Assembly (NCBI GenBank): GCA_951406725.2
Contig: OX597815.1
Span: 52,452,001-52,516,000 of the forward strand
Length of the DNA stretch: 64,000 bases
From: Octopus vulgaris
Taxonomy: Eukaryota
Direction of reading: 5' to 3'
In this document: in pieces, positions 37,982 through 52,318 of the stretch
Numbering within the stretch: position 1 is the first letter of the stretch
Layout: each line of letters starts with the position of its first letter
Made by a program: the position numbers and the translations under genes
Notes under the pieces: model-generated
The model's database searches: none
Seen by the model: only the letters and a program-made list of their open reading frames with translations
Told to the model about the DNA's origin: nothing

Positions 37982-38468
37982 AGATTTCAAATTTTGGCAC
38001 AAGGCCGTCAATTTCGGGTTGAGGGGGAATTCGATTACATCGACCCCAGTGCTCAACTCAACTAGTTTCTCGACGTTGAAAAGATGAAAGGTAAAGTCGG
38101 CCCCGGCGGAATTTGAACTCGGAACGTAAAGACGGAGAAAATACCTATCGATTCCCGGAAGAATGAAAGGCAAAGTCGACCTCGGCGGAACTTGAACTCA
38201 GAACGTAAAGATGGACAAAATACCGCTAAGCATTTTGCCTGGCGTGTTAACGGTTCTTTTCTATTCTAGACACAAGGCCCACATTTTTGGGGAGGGGGTA
38301 TGTCGATTACAACGACCTCAGTACGCAACTGATACTTAATTTATCGACACCGAAAGGATGAAAGGCAAAGTTGACCTCGGAGGAATTTGAACTTAGAACG
38401 TAAAGACAGACGAAATACCGCTAAGCATTTCGCCCGACGTTCTAACGTTTCTGCCAGCTGGCTGCCTT
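37982..38468 (-). mobile_element. Three adjacent SINE family A copies
   Basis: The core gatgaaagg..aagtcgacctcggcggaatttgaactc occurs at ~38083, ~38163 and ~38357. Confidence 0.88.
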
Positions 38469-39037
38469 ACCAACACATTATATCAACAACTAAATATTGG
38501 TGTAATTTCCGTTCAAGTATTTCACAAGAAATGGTAATCCTGGTTTCTATCTCCTTCCGAAAAATTGGGCACCGTTTTTTCTTTCTTTTAAGGATCACAT
38601 ACGTCATTAATCAAGTTTTGTTCTTAAATCCTGCTGGATGGCCACGCCTCTTCCTCGTTGGGCAAGCCCTTTTGGGAGTCAGCTTAATCGCTTACTGGAC
38701 CACGAGTCAGTTAGTAATAGATTACAGGGTTACAAGTGGCAATTTTACATTAGCCACTGGCGGAACAGAGCCTAGTCTAGTATTAATTTAATACCGATGG
38801 CAATAGATTTTTTCCCTTCCTTCATTTCGCAGTTCCGCAGGTAAAGTATGTAATAGTCAAGAACTAAGATTGATCTTAATCTCCCTTATAACTTACTCCA
38901 GTATTTTTAGGCCTTGTGTCTTTGCTAGAAATCGATATTGTTGACAATCCTCGTCATTGTCGTCGTTGTCGTCTTCCTCTTCGTTGTCGCCGCCGTCGTC
39001 GTCATCGCCGCTGCTGTTGTCACCACCGTCGTCGTCG

Positions 39038-39100
<63 letters not shown>

Positions 39101-39745
39101 CCACCACCACCACCACCACCTATCACCATCACCATCCACTGTCTCCAGCATCACCGTTAAATACAACAAAAACAATTATGACATTACCGAGTGATTGACG
39201 TAGCTTTTCCCTTGTCGCTTAGCCTCAGGATTGTCACGTCTGGTTTACCTTTGATCATAGGTCTGCTCGATCGTGGTAACCTGGGGCTAAATATCATTGA
39301 TAATAACAGCTCCACCTCTGCTGCTGCTGGTGCAACTACTACTACAATCACAACTACCACCACCACCACCACCATTTTAATCACTCCGTCTGTATTTTGC
39401 TGTCTTTAAATCTCAACAAAATTTGTTTTAATCATTGACTTAAAAACATTTCCCAATGTTGTTTCAGTAAATGGCGATGTCATTCCTGTTTAACAACGAT
39501 CGAGTCATTGAATGTGATTCCAACCGTGACTGTCCCTTCTTTTCCATCTCTGCTGGAAAGTCAGAACCACATTAGCGAACGTGTCATTCTGAAGACAATA
39601 TTATGATATAGTGTAGAGAGATAAAGCGACATAGTATAGTGATACAGAGTAGGATTATAGCGCAGGGATATAATATAAGAATATATTGTTATGGCATAGT
39701 GCAGGGACAAAGGTTAGTAACATAATGGTTTGAATGAGATTATAT

Positions 39746-40318
<573 letters not shown>

Positions 40319-40667
40319 ATAGCGACATAGTGTCGGGAAATTTTGTAGGAATTCAGTATAATGGCATAGTGTATAGTCTTGTAACATACTATAGAGAGAG
40401 TGCAGCGATGTAGAGTAGTAGAATGGGGCGTGATTTGAAGGAGATTTGGCAGCTACTTTTAGCAGGTCCGGTGATCACGTAAAGGCTCCCTTAGCTCAAA
40501 ATAGTAAGACGCATTAAAGCAGTGTGTTGTATAAAACTAGTGGAGCAATACAGCAGTGGATGTAATAATAGCAAAGAAAAGAAAATAACTATATGGATGC
40601 AAGCTCTATTTTGTCTAATGTTTGTGTGGGTGTGTGTCTGTGTGTGCATATGTGAGTGTATGTGTGT

Positions 40668-40705
<38 letters not shown>

Positions 40706-41213
40706 GAGAGAGAGGGAAAAGAGAGAGAGGAAAAGAGAGGGCGTATTTGTCAGTTTGAGGACAGCTGATATAACATGATATTTCCTTTCTAAGACTGTAG
40801 TCCGTGATTTGAAGGAGATTCAACTGCTATTTCGGGCAGTTTTATCATAGAAAGACATCATTGAGTCTCTGACTTTATGTTTTGATTCAATGATGATTGA
40901 ACCAATGAGTTTGTTCAACGAAATTATTCTTCAATAGAACTTGTGAACAACACTTCAGATAAAATTTAAAAAAAGCAACAGCAACAACAAAAAAATCATC
41001 TCCATATTTCAACAATCTTGTCATTTTTCTAATGTCTCAGTAATTATTCATTCAAGAATTTAGAATATTCTTTATTTGCCAACAAGAATCATATAGAATA
41101 ATCTACCCCACCCCTCTCACCCTCCAAATTAATAATTATGTTTTGATGTCACAGTCTACGATAAAGATGAGACAAATGCAAACACTATCAATTTATTAAA
41201 ATTCTTAGGAATA

Positions 41214-41327
41214 TTCTTCTTCTTCTTCTTCTTCTTCTTCTTCTTCTTCTTCTTCTTCTTCTTCTTCTTCTTCTTCTTCTTCTTCTTCTTCTTCTTCTTC
41301 TTCTTCTTCTTCTTCTTCTTCTTCTTC
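41214..41327. repeat. (CTT)n microsatellite
   Basis: Direct reading. Confidence 0.95.
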
Positions 41328-41651
41328 CATGATTATCATCATCGTCGCCAGCAGCTGCATCGTGCGGTTGTTGTTGTAGTTGTTATTGTTATTTTCCTAC
41401 TTCTTAACCTCCTCCTCCTCGTCCTCGTCAGTGCCACTACCACCATCGCCGCAGCCTTCACTAGCATCACCAGCACCAACACCACAACCACCATCAGCAC
41501 CAAAATTACTGTCACTTCACTACTACTATCAGTGCAGCCAACTCTGCTACCATCGCAAACACCATTATCATCACTATCATTACCTTCACCCCAACAACAA
41601 CCACCGTCAAAGCAACAACAGCAACTACTACTGCTGCTGCTGCTGCTGCTG

Positions 41652-41711
<60 letters not shown>

Positions 41712-42133
41712 TTACTATTAGCATCACTATCAGAACGATTATTATTGACATCACCATAAGCTCCACCACCACTATCACCTAAGCAACAACAATCATTATC
41801 ATCATCACAGCAAACACCAATTCACTCACCAGCACCAGCACCTTCATCAGCATCAGCATCATTTTAACACTATCATTTACGTCATCACCTAACCATCCTT
41901 GCCACCGTAACTACACCACTCCACCATCATAATAATAACTATCTGAACTCACATAAGATGGAAAGAGATTGTGAAGAACACCTGATTATCATAGCATCGT
42001 GGGACCGCACTGATAGCAAGATCAAAACCTGACATAACGAAAAAAAACAGCCTTTCATTCATTTGATGATATGGACGACATAGAAATAATGACGTTGGTG
42101 GTGACGGGTAAGGATGGGGCGCTCGTAGTGATT

Positions 42134-42183
<50 letters not shown>

Positions 42184-42318
42184 CCTTTCTACTAAAGGCG
42201 CAAGGCCTGAAATTTTGGTGGGAGGGGACTAGTCGATTACATCAATTCCAGTGTTGCACTGGTACTTAATTTATCTACCCCGAAAGGGTGAAAGGCAAAG
42301 TTAACTTCGGCGAAATTC

Positions 42319-42319
<1 letters not shown>
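42184..42319 (-). mobile_element. SINE family A 3' part within (AAT)n
   Basis: cctttctactaaaggcgcaaggcctgaaatt..ccccgaaagggtgaaaggcaaag. Confidence 0.85.
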
Positions 42320-42367
<48 letters not shown>

Positions 42368-42397
42368 TTGATAATAGTGATAATAATAATAATGATG

Positions 42398-42467
<70 letters not shown>

Positions 42468-42472
<5 letters not shown>

Positions 42473-42733
42473 CAGAAACAATTCCTATCATAGTAGGTGC
42501 ATTAGGCATGATAAAAAAATATTCAGACAAATACTTAACAAAAACACCAGGACTTACAAACACATATAACATACAGAAAATTGCACTGCTGGGCACTGCC
42601 CACATCCTACGCAAAACACCTTCAATACAGTAACCATCAGAGCATCACAACAAAACACAGCACATACCCAAGGCACACAGAGCTGCGCTCGGTAGTGAAG
42701 TGAAAGCACAATATATAAAAAAAAACACTGAAT
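42468..42733 (+). mobile_element. R4/Dong-like RLE retrotransposon 3' end
   Basis: KTETIPIIVGALGMIKK..IQKIALLGTAHILRK..Q* plus 3' UTR, flanked by (AAT)n. Confidence 0.88.
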
Positions 42734-42764
42734 AATAATAATTCAAATTTTGGTGCAAGGCTAG

Positions 42765-43155
<391 letters not shown>

Positions 43156-43156
43156 G

Positions 43157-43295
<139 letters not shown>

Positions 43296-43314
43296 GACAA
43301 CGATGGTTATGGTC

Positions 43315-43555
43315 AATGAAGATAGTAGACGTGATACCAATAATAACTGGTGCACTTGGAAGTATCAGCACTCAACTACCAACATGTCTGAAAAAGATTG
43401 GTGCAAATGTGAAGGTAGAACACCTAAAAAAATCAGCGTTGAATGGAACTGCAAAAATTCTTCGCAGAGTTTTTGAAGCATGACCAGTAAATAAGTGTCA
43501 CTTTAGTCTGCTGGTTGTGGACAGCTGACACTTTCCATGATACCAAGCAAAATAT
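43315..43555 (+). mobile_element. RLE retrotransposon 3' end (second subfamily)
   Basis: VDVIPIITGALGSI..EHLKKSALNGTAKILRRVFEA*. Confidence 0.8.
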
Positions 43556-43574
43556 ATAATAATAATTTTTTTAT

Positions 43575-44140
43575 GCATTTAACCCTCCAACGCGGAATAG
43601 AGGCCACTTATAGTTGAATTCCATGTCGCATAATTTTTGACTTCTGTACTTATACTCTGCCATGAATGTTCCCCTTTCTCTATTTCCTTTTGTGTTGATC
43701 TACGCCACGAGTTCTTAGGCCTACTTCTCTTTCTATATCCATCCGGTTTCCACTGTAAAACACTTTCGCTACATTTCGTGTGTCTTTTCTAATTGTGCTA
43801 CCAATCCACTTCCACTTTTTCTTAAATATTTGCTCCTAATCGAAACTTGATTTGTTCTTTGCCATAGCTCCATATTGCTTATGTGTTCGGGCCATCTAAT
43901 TTTAAGTATACTACGCAAGCATCTGTTGATGAATGATTATATTTGCTTATTTGACTTAACTGTTGTTCGCCATGTCTCAGCCCCATACAATAACACCACT
44001 TTTATGTTAGTGTTAAAATTTCTTATTTTGTTCTTTAATGAAATTACACTTGCGCTCCAATACTTTCTTTAACAGGTGAAAAGCGGTCTTCGCCTTACTT
44101 ATTCTCGTCTTAATATCTTCGTCGGTGCCGCCTGAAAATA
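43575..44140 (-). mobile_element. RTE-clade LINE RT C-terminal fragment
   Basis: GGTDEDIKTRISKAKTAF, NTNIKVVLLYGAETWRTT, FINRCLRSILKIRWPEHISNMELWQRT, WKPDGYRKRSRPKNSWRR across frameshifts. Confidence 0.88.
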
Positions 44141-44223
44141 GTTTAATACGTTCGCTGTTTTCTTCATTAACGCGCATAATTTTTGATAATAACAACAACA
44201 GCAACAACAACAACAACAACAAT

Positions 44224-44320
<97 letters not shown>

Positions 44321-44722
44321 GTTGTCAGAGATCATGAAGAAAAAATGCTTTCTAATTGATGTATCAATACCAGCAGATGACAACGTGTCTCTAAAAGAAA
44401 TGGAGAAACTTTCAAAATACAAAGACCTGGAAATAGAGGTAACCTGAATGTGTAGTCTAAAAACAGAAACAATTCCTATCATAGTAGGTGCATTAGGCAT
44501 GATAAAAAAATATTTAGACAAATACTTAACAAAAACACCAGGGCTTACAAACACATATAACATACAGAAAATTGCACTGCTGGGCACTGCCCACATCCTA
44601 CGCAAAACACTTTCAATACAGTAACCATCAGAGCATCACAACAAAGCACAGCACATTCCCAAGGCACAGAGCTGCGCTCGGTAGTGAAGTGAAAGCACGC
44701 TATAAAAATAAAACTACTGAAT
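44321..44722 (+). mobile_element. R4/Dong-like RLE retrotransposon 3' end
   Basis: VVRDHEEKKCFLIDVSIPADDNVSLKEMEKLSKYKDLEIEV..PIIVGALG..LLGTAHILRK. Near-identical to 42468-42733. Flanked by (AAT)n. Confidence 0.9.
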
Positions 44723-44765
44723 GATAATAATAATAATAATTGTTATTATCATTATTATTCTTATT

Positions 44766-45530
44766 GAGTGAGAGAGCAGTGCATGCCATCAAAGTGACAC
44801 TGGGGTAAAATATTCGAAGCCCAGTATACTCATCATGACTACCCGTCTGATAAGGGTACACCCGGCACATGCATCACAGCCATATGTGCGCGACATGATT
44901 TCATATCAAGATAAACAGCATATGACCTTGCAGGTAGGGTCCAGTTAGAATTTTCTTCAGGTCGAGTAGCCCATCCTGCTCAATAGGTCCCTGAATAAGG
45001 GTTGTTTAAGGATCCTGAACGAAACACTCATGTTTCCAAGGGTGAATTATTCAAACCCCAAAGTATTCCTATTAGCACATTTGCTAATTTGTTCTCGTCC
45101 AAATAGGGCCTACTGTCTTGATTCCGTGTTCTCCATATACTGTAAGAGTTTGCGGTGTGTCTCTCTTGAGATGGCCTACCTAATGCATAGTAATAAGCGT
45201 ATATTACTTCTTTATACTCTTCTCGGGTCCATTTGTTCCGCTTACATTTTTCTTTCTGTGGTGGTTGTGGTGGTGAACTTGGAGGGCTCGAGTTGGGGGA
45301 TTTCCCGTTCAAGTGACCATCCATGTCCGTATTCGGAGAAGAGTTTGTGCCAGTTGATGACTTTTTGATCCCAGGCTGGCTCTTCCCTGGGGGACGCGCT
45401 TCCAGATTAACCATAGGACAAGCGATTTGGTATGCTGATTTAGTTTTCCTTTTAGTTTCCAAAAACATTTTGGTGCTATGATAATGTTATCATTTTTTAG
45501 CTTTGATTGGCTCGTGGGGAGACGGCCATC
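44766..45530 (-). mobile_element. Bipartite element: R4/Dong-like ORF N-terminus joined to non-coding repeat family E
   Basis: ORF 45028..45468 reads KRNKWTREEYKEVIYAYY..IWRTRNQ..LDENKLANV (Myb-like). At ~45075 it switches to family E sequence ending ctctctcactc-aat. Confidence 0.75.
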
Positions 45531-45896
45531 ATTGCCGTTACAATTATAATCGTACCATTATAGCAGCCGTAGTCGGCTTATTATTGTTATTATCATCACC
45601 ATTATTATCACTATCATCCTTATCACCACCATTACCATCATCATTATCATCATCACCATCATCATCACCACCATCAACATCAATGATATTGTTTTATGTG
45701 TAGTCACAGCAGTATCTTATTATTGTTATTATTTTTTTTTTATCATTATCACCATCACAGTAGTGTCTGTCTGTCTCGTTGGCTGGGTTGGTGGTTGACT
45801 GGCTGACTGTCTTCAACGCCAGAGTTCTTGACTGTCAAATAATACTTTCATATTTGGTTAACAATAGAGCCGAGGTTTGTGTTGGTTGAACTCTTT

Positions 45897-45933
<37 letters not shown>

Positions 45934-45957
45934 GATAGATAGATAGATTATCAGCAC

Positions 45958-46038
<81 letters not shown>

Positions 46039-46039
<1 letters not shown>

Positions 46040-46513
46040 GAGTGAGAGAGCAATTCATGCCCTCAAAGTGACACTGGGGTAAAATATACGAAGCCCAATA
46101 TACCCATCATGACTACCCGTCTGATAAAGGTACACCAGGCACATGCATCACAACCATATGTGCGCGACATGGTGATCTCATATCAAGATAAACAGCACAT
46201 GACCTTGCAGGTAGGGCCCAGTTAGAATTTTCTTCAGGTTGAGTAGCCCATCCCGCTCAAACGGTCCCTGAATAAAGGGTGTTTAAGAATGTTGAAAGAA
46301 CCACCCATGTTTCCAGAGGTGAACTATTCAAACCCCAAAGAATCCCTCTCAACACATGGCTATGATGCTCCCCCACTACTTCTGCTCGTGATCAGAGATG
46401 CACATATCGTCAGCCACTAAGGGACATGCTCAACTGGTTAAGGTCAAACAACTGACAAGCAAATCTGTGGTATTGAGCAGAATATTTGCTGTAGCCCATC
46501 TTTTATACCAAGA
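46039..46513 (-). mobile_element. Non-coding retroposon family E (SINE-like or LINE 3' UTR) inside (AAT)n
   Basis: Related copies at 44766, 48172 and 48715-49204. The 3' end gctctctcactc abuts (AAT)n. Confidence 0.85.
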
Positions 46514-46515
46514 CT

Positions 46516-46536
46516 TTATTATTATTAACATCATCA

Positions 46537-46609
<73 letters not shown>

Positions 46610-46649
46610 CATTATATCATCATCGTCATCATCATCATCATCATCATCA

Positions 46650-46695
<46 letters not shown>

Positions 46696-46712
46696 TACTA
46701 TTACTATTACTA

Positions 46713-46744
<32 letters not shown>

Positions 46745-46752
46745 GTTATTGC

Positions 46753-46789
<37 letters not shown>

Positions 46790-46797
46790 GTTATTGC

Positions 46798-46852
<55 letters not shown>
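46516..46852. repeat. (ATT)n/(ATC)n array
   Basis: Direct reading. Confidence 0.95.
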
Positions 46853-46855
<3 letters not shown>

Positions 46856-47655
46856 AGAAATTGCTGGAAAAATAGGTGGAATTGGCTGATGAAAGGAACA
46901 CTACAAAAAGTGACCGAGAGCACTATACTGGCAGTGCAAGACCAAGCTTAGGTCACAAACTGGAGGGTCAACTTTAGGGATGAGCAAGTGTCTCCGCCAT
47001 GCCGCATCTGCAATAGAGTGGATGATATCATGACCGAATGCTCTAGACTTGCTCAAAACCAGTACAAGTTGTGACACGACCAGGTTGCGAAAGTGCTACA
47101 TTGGAAACTGTGCGAAAAGTGGGGGCTAGAGTGAGGCAAGACGTGGTATGAGCACAAAACGCAGAGAATGGTGGAGTCGGAGACTAGCAAAATCCTTTGG
47201 GATTTCCCAATCCAAACAGATCAGGTGCTAGAGCATAACAGACCGGACCTTGTGATGGAGAACAAGGTGCACTATATATGCTATATAGTTGATGTTACCT
47301 GCCCCTTTTGACACACGAATAGTCAAGAAAGTAGGCGAAAATATAGATAAATACAATCCTCTTAAGTACAAAATAGCCCGGCTACGGAAAATGAAAGTGA
47401 AGATAGTGCCAATTATAGATGGGTTCTTGGGATCAGTATCAGAAGGCATCAAGGAAAATATGAAAGAAATTAGAAGAAATTGCCCAGTAGAACTGTTACA
47501 AAAGGTTTGCCTCCTTGACACGGCCAGAATAATCAGAAAAGTATTAGATAGCTGAAAAAAATGGATAGCATGGTACCGCAAGCTGCAGGTAGCAAACCCG
47601 TAACACATATAAGACTCCAGGAGCTCCAACAAAATCTGTGATAAAGAGAAATAAT
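46853..47655 (+). mobile_element. R4/Dong-like retrotransposon: zinc knuckle + RLE domain, decayed
   Basis: ESTILAVQDQ, CRIC..ECSRLAQNQYKL*HDQVAKVLHWKLC, ILWDFPIQTDQVLEHNRPDLV, YIVDVTCPF, KYNPL..VPIIDGFLG..LQKVCLLDTARIIRKVL. Confidence 0.92.
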
Positions 47656-47659
47656 AATA

Positions 47660-48150
47660 ATCCTTTCTACTAAAAGCACAAGGCCTGAAATTTTGGGGAA
47701 GCAAACTAGTCGAGTTGTGGAGGCGTGTGGCTTAGTGATTAGGGTGTTGAACTCATGATCGTAAGTTTGTGATTTCGATTCCTAGACTGGGCGACGCGTT
47801 GTTCTTGTGTTTTTGTGAAAATCATTTCATTACACGTTGCTCCAGCCAGTCCACTTAGCTGGCAAAAATGAGTAATCCTGTCCAGGTGGGGAATATATAC
47901 GCTATTGAAACCGGGAAACCGGCCCTCATGAGCCTGGCATGGTTCGAGAAAGAAACATTTATTTATTATTTTTGTCTTACTTGCCGAGTACATCGACTCC
48001 ATTATTTCACTGGTACTTGGTTTATCGATCCCGAGAGGATGAAAGGCAAAGTCGACCTCGGTGGAATCTGAACTTAGAATGTAAAGTCGGGCGAAATACC
48101 GATAAGCATTTTGTCTGGCGGGCTAACGATTCTGACAGCTCGCCGCCCTC
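47660..48150 (-). mobile_element. SINE A (-) interrupted by SINE C (+, ~47716-47978) with an 11-bp TSD
   Basis: TSD actagtcgagt (47705-47715) / acttgccgagt (47979-47989). Confidence 0.82.
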
Positions 48151-48171
48151 TTAATAATAATAATAATAATG

Positions 48172-48625
48172 ATGGGCTACAGCAAATATTCTGCTCAATA
48201 CCACAGATTTGCTTGTCTATTGTTTGACCTTAACCCGTTGGGCATGTCCCTTAGTGGCTGACAATGCGTGCATCTCTGATCACGAGCAGAAGTAGTGGGA
48301 GAGCATCATAGCCATGTGTTAAGAGGAATTCTTTGGGGTTTGGATAATTCAACTTTGGAAATATGAGTGTTTCGTTCAACATCCCTAAACAAACCTTACT
48401 CAGAGACCTTTTGAGCGGATGGGCTAATCGACCTGAAGAAAATTCTAACTGGACCCTACCTACAAGGCCATGCGCTGTATATCTTGATATGAGATCACCA
48501 CGTTGTGCACATATGGTTGTGATGCCTGGTGTACCCTTATCAGACGAGTCATCATGATGAGTATACTGGGCTTCGAATATTTTACTCCAGTGTGACTTTG
48601 ATGGCATGCACTGCTGTCTCACTCA

Positions 48626-48627
<2 letters not shown>
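48172..48627 (+). mobile_element. Family E repeat
   Basis: Reverse complement of 46039-46513. Followed by (AAT)n. Confidence 0.88.
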
Positions 48628-48703
<76 letters not shown>

Positions 48704-48714
48704 TGCATGTTTTG

Positions 48715-49204
48715 TTTTGGTATAAAACGATAGGTTACAGCTAATATTCTACTCAATACCACAGATTGGCTTATCAGTTGGTTGACCATAACCAGTTAAG
48801 GCATGAGTTGAGTGAGAGGTGCTCCGTTGAGAGGTGTTTCGTTCATCATCCATAAACAACCCTTATTCAGGAACTTTTTGAAGAAAATTTTAACTGGGCC
48901 CCACTTTCGAGGTCAACCGCTGTTTATCTTGAAACCGAGAAACCGACCCTCATGAGCCTGGTATAGCACGAGAAGGAAACATTTATTTATTATTTTTTCT
49001 TTACTAGTCGAGTACATCGTCCCCATTATTTCATTGGTACTTGATTTATTGGCCCCGGGAGGATGAAAAGCAAAGTCAACCTTGGTCGGCAGGTTTGCGC
49101 ACATATGGCTGTGATGCATGTGCCTTATCGGACGGTAGTCATGATGGGCTTCGTATATTTGTACTCCAGTGTCTCTTTGATGGCATGCATTGCTCTTTCA
49201 CTCA
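48715..49204 (+). mobile_element. Older family E copy containing a ~155-bp SINE C/SINE A junction insert
   Basis: Family E sequence flanks 48931-49084, which matches 47906-48063. Confidence 0.75.
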
Positions 49205-50019
49205 ACAATAATAATAATAATGGTTGCTGTCATCATCATGAAGGTGGAACATTTGCAGACTCGTTACAACGTCGGTCAAGTGCGCCTTGCAGTATCTGTT
49301 ACAGGTCTTTATCTTTTGAGTTTAAATCCCGTCGTAGTGAACTTTACCTTTGATCCATTTGGGGCCCATAAAATATAGCACCAGTTAAGTAGTGGTGTCG
49401 ATAACATCGATTAGCCTTGCTCCTCACAATTATTAATATCATGCTTTCAACGGTTTGATATGAGCTACTATTGTAACATGTGTTATTGCAATGTGCTCCG
49501 TCTTTCTGAAACATGTCAATTGTCTTTTGGGGATGTACAGTTGGATCTGTATGTTACATCTACTTTGATTTGTTGTAGCATCTATTTTGTGGTTTCTCAT
49601 GTTAATTTGTGGGTTGTGATATTGTGTTGGGTGGTCATTGTGTTTTGTTTGTGCTAAGTGATGGATGGTGATTATGTAGAATATGTTATGCGAACTGTAT
49701 TATAGTGTTAGGTAGCTATTTTTAAAAAAAAATAGTGAGATTTATTGGTGGAGCAGAGGTTGTATCATGGCGCCATATATCGATTATGTAAGAATGTAAT
49801 GTCTTATTTTTATTAAATGGTGAATAAGTAGAGTCCTGTGTGAGCTAAATTGTAGTATTGGAAGATGACTGCATGGAGTATGTATTGTGCTCTGTTATAC
49901 AGTGAATGTACTGAAGGAAGTATACACTTTGTGGGCTTTGTATACACCGAGGCTAGCTTTTGGACTGTTGGAAACCTTGGCATAGTTTTGATATATATTT
50001 GTTCATAATTTACTCTAAC

Positions 50020-50330
50020 ATACTTAGTATCCCAATTATAATTGGTACTACTTTTACTTTTTATACCGATATGAAACTTGTTTTAGTTCAAGATACAAAT
50101 ACTTTGATAGTCTCAAGTTTTCGTTCCAGAATTGTTTCAATTTAGAGGGATCACGACGAGTATCAAAATACAAATATTTTCTTTCTTGTCTTCGGTAGTT
50201 ATATTTGGATGGCTTGCTTTGAAGTTCTTGAGAGCTTCGACAATAATGTTCCAGATTACTGGAGCTGGATAATTTATTATATACTGAATTTAGAACATTT
50301 TTGCACCACTTCTCATACCAAATGAACATA
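50020..50330 (-). pseudogene. Old RLE retrotransposon fragment
   Basis: KASHPNITTEDKKENICILI, LSKYLYLEL, KVKVVPIIIGILS across frameshifts. Confidence 0.6.
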
Positions 50331-50449
50331 ATTACCGATCGATCATGTCCTATATTCTAATTTTGCTAGAGCTGGGAATAATTACCGCGATCGATTGTCT
50401 TTTTGGGTTGATTACACATTTGCACTCGATGTTAAGTTCTTCGTTTCAT

Positions 50450-50625
50450 CTGTCAGAATCGTTAGCACGCGGGGCAGTATTTCGCTTGTCTTTACGTTCT
50501 GAGTTCAAATTCCGCCGAGGTCGACTTTGCCTTTTATCATTTCGAAATCGATAAATTAAGTACCAGTCAAGTACTGGGGTCAATGCGAGCAACTTACCCC
50601 CTTCCCACAAATTTCAGAACTTTGT
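50450..50625 (+). mobile_element. SINE family A
   Basis: cagaatcgttagcacg..gagttcaaattccgccgaggtcgactttgcc..gataaattaagtaccag. Confidence 0.85.
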
Positions 50626-51624
50626 GGAACTTGTCAATATTATTTTGCAACTAAAGATCAAATGTTTTATTTCTGCTCTTAGTCGAAAGAGAGTTTGAAT
50701 CAACTGTAGCTTCCTCTTTGATTTACTTTCTTTCTAATATCAAGTCATTTAACTATTTATGAATCAGATTTCCCATCGTAGATAGTTATCACTATGAACT
50801 TATTTTACCAGTACAAATATTATTTAACAGATAAACGCATTTTAAGGTTGAAGTGATCTTTTAAAATAGTTTTCACAGATTCCAGAGAGAAGGTGAATCC
50901 CCAAAATACCTGAAAATGGGGCCCTACTTATTCTGTTGAGGCTTATTTGAATAGACTTTCAGTCAATATAGCTATGAAGAGAGAAAATGCACAGTAGCAA
51001 ACACCTATTAATATCGACTAATCTTTGCTTCCTTTTTATATATAGAGACAGTACATCTCTTTCGTAAAGTTCTCATCTTTCTACAGGAAAAGTATATTTT
51101 TTACTCCCATAAGAGCTTAAGCAACAATTAATGAAAGACTATAAGCGTGGAAAATTAAGATTAATTTGTCGGGAACGTGACGTAGGCGAATCTAAAGACC
51201 CAGTCTCAAGCGATAAAACAATGCTTGTAGCGATACACATTGAATGACAGAAAGAATTAGATTCTGCCCATAAATTAGAGGTATTACTCTGGACTTGTTT
51301 TGGTTCTGTTAAGTTAGCTCATATTAAATCTCAATCTATTTAATTTTAATACAAGCCGACAAAAGAATCTTTATACGTAACAGCTCGATTTGGTTGAAGC
51401 AGCAGCCAATACCTCCTCAGAAAGATCGTATCGACGAATAACTTAGTTAATGTGTATGGCGGGACAGTTTTGATTAAAGGCCTTATTGATCGGGAATGGA
51501 CCAAGGAACACCACCAAATTTAATAATTGGGAGTGCTTAGTAGGTACAGATTAGCCAATAATGTGAAAAAAAAGCAAACAAAACCAAAAAAACCAGCTAC
51601 TTCCTCCAACAATTTATATTATTT

Positions 51625-51735
51625 ATTTATGCGTCCTTTTTCAAGCCTAGCCACGCTCATGGGCCCGGTTTCCCGGTTTCTATGGCATATGTGTTCCCTC
51701 CAGCTGGACAGGACGCCAGTCCATCGCAGCGTTAC
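51625..51735 (-). mobile_element. SINE family C 3' part
   Basis: gctcatgggcccggtttcccggtttc..ccagctggacaggacgccagtccatc. Confidence 0.8.
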
Positions 51736-52197
51736 TCAAGAAACAGGAAGAAAGAATACAACAGGGGTGGTGCTTTGTTTTCAGAACTAAAATCCTCTGC
51801 AATCTTTCATTCGGTTTTTCTTACAATCATTGACCTTACAAAACTTCGTGCTGAAGATTAGACGCATCAATCTGGCCAGTGTGTAAAGAAATGTTATGAT
51901 CTATAAAAGTTAGAATAGAACAGTTACAATCCTATCAACTCTTTTTTTCTCTTACCTTGCTGTAGTCGTTCTCTTCCTTCTTTTCTCTTTCTTCTCCTCA
52001 GCAGTCCTCTTCACTCACGCATTTTCTTTTTACTTTTCGCGAAAATCTTATACATAAACGTCAAATTAAAACGACTGGAATACCCAGCATAAATACTGAG
52101 TTATACATGCAAATACATGCAAACACATGAAACCATGTACATACGTGCAATTATTCACACAAACTTCCTCTATCCGTACACGCCCGCACACAACGCT

Positions 52198-52318
<121 letters not shown>

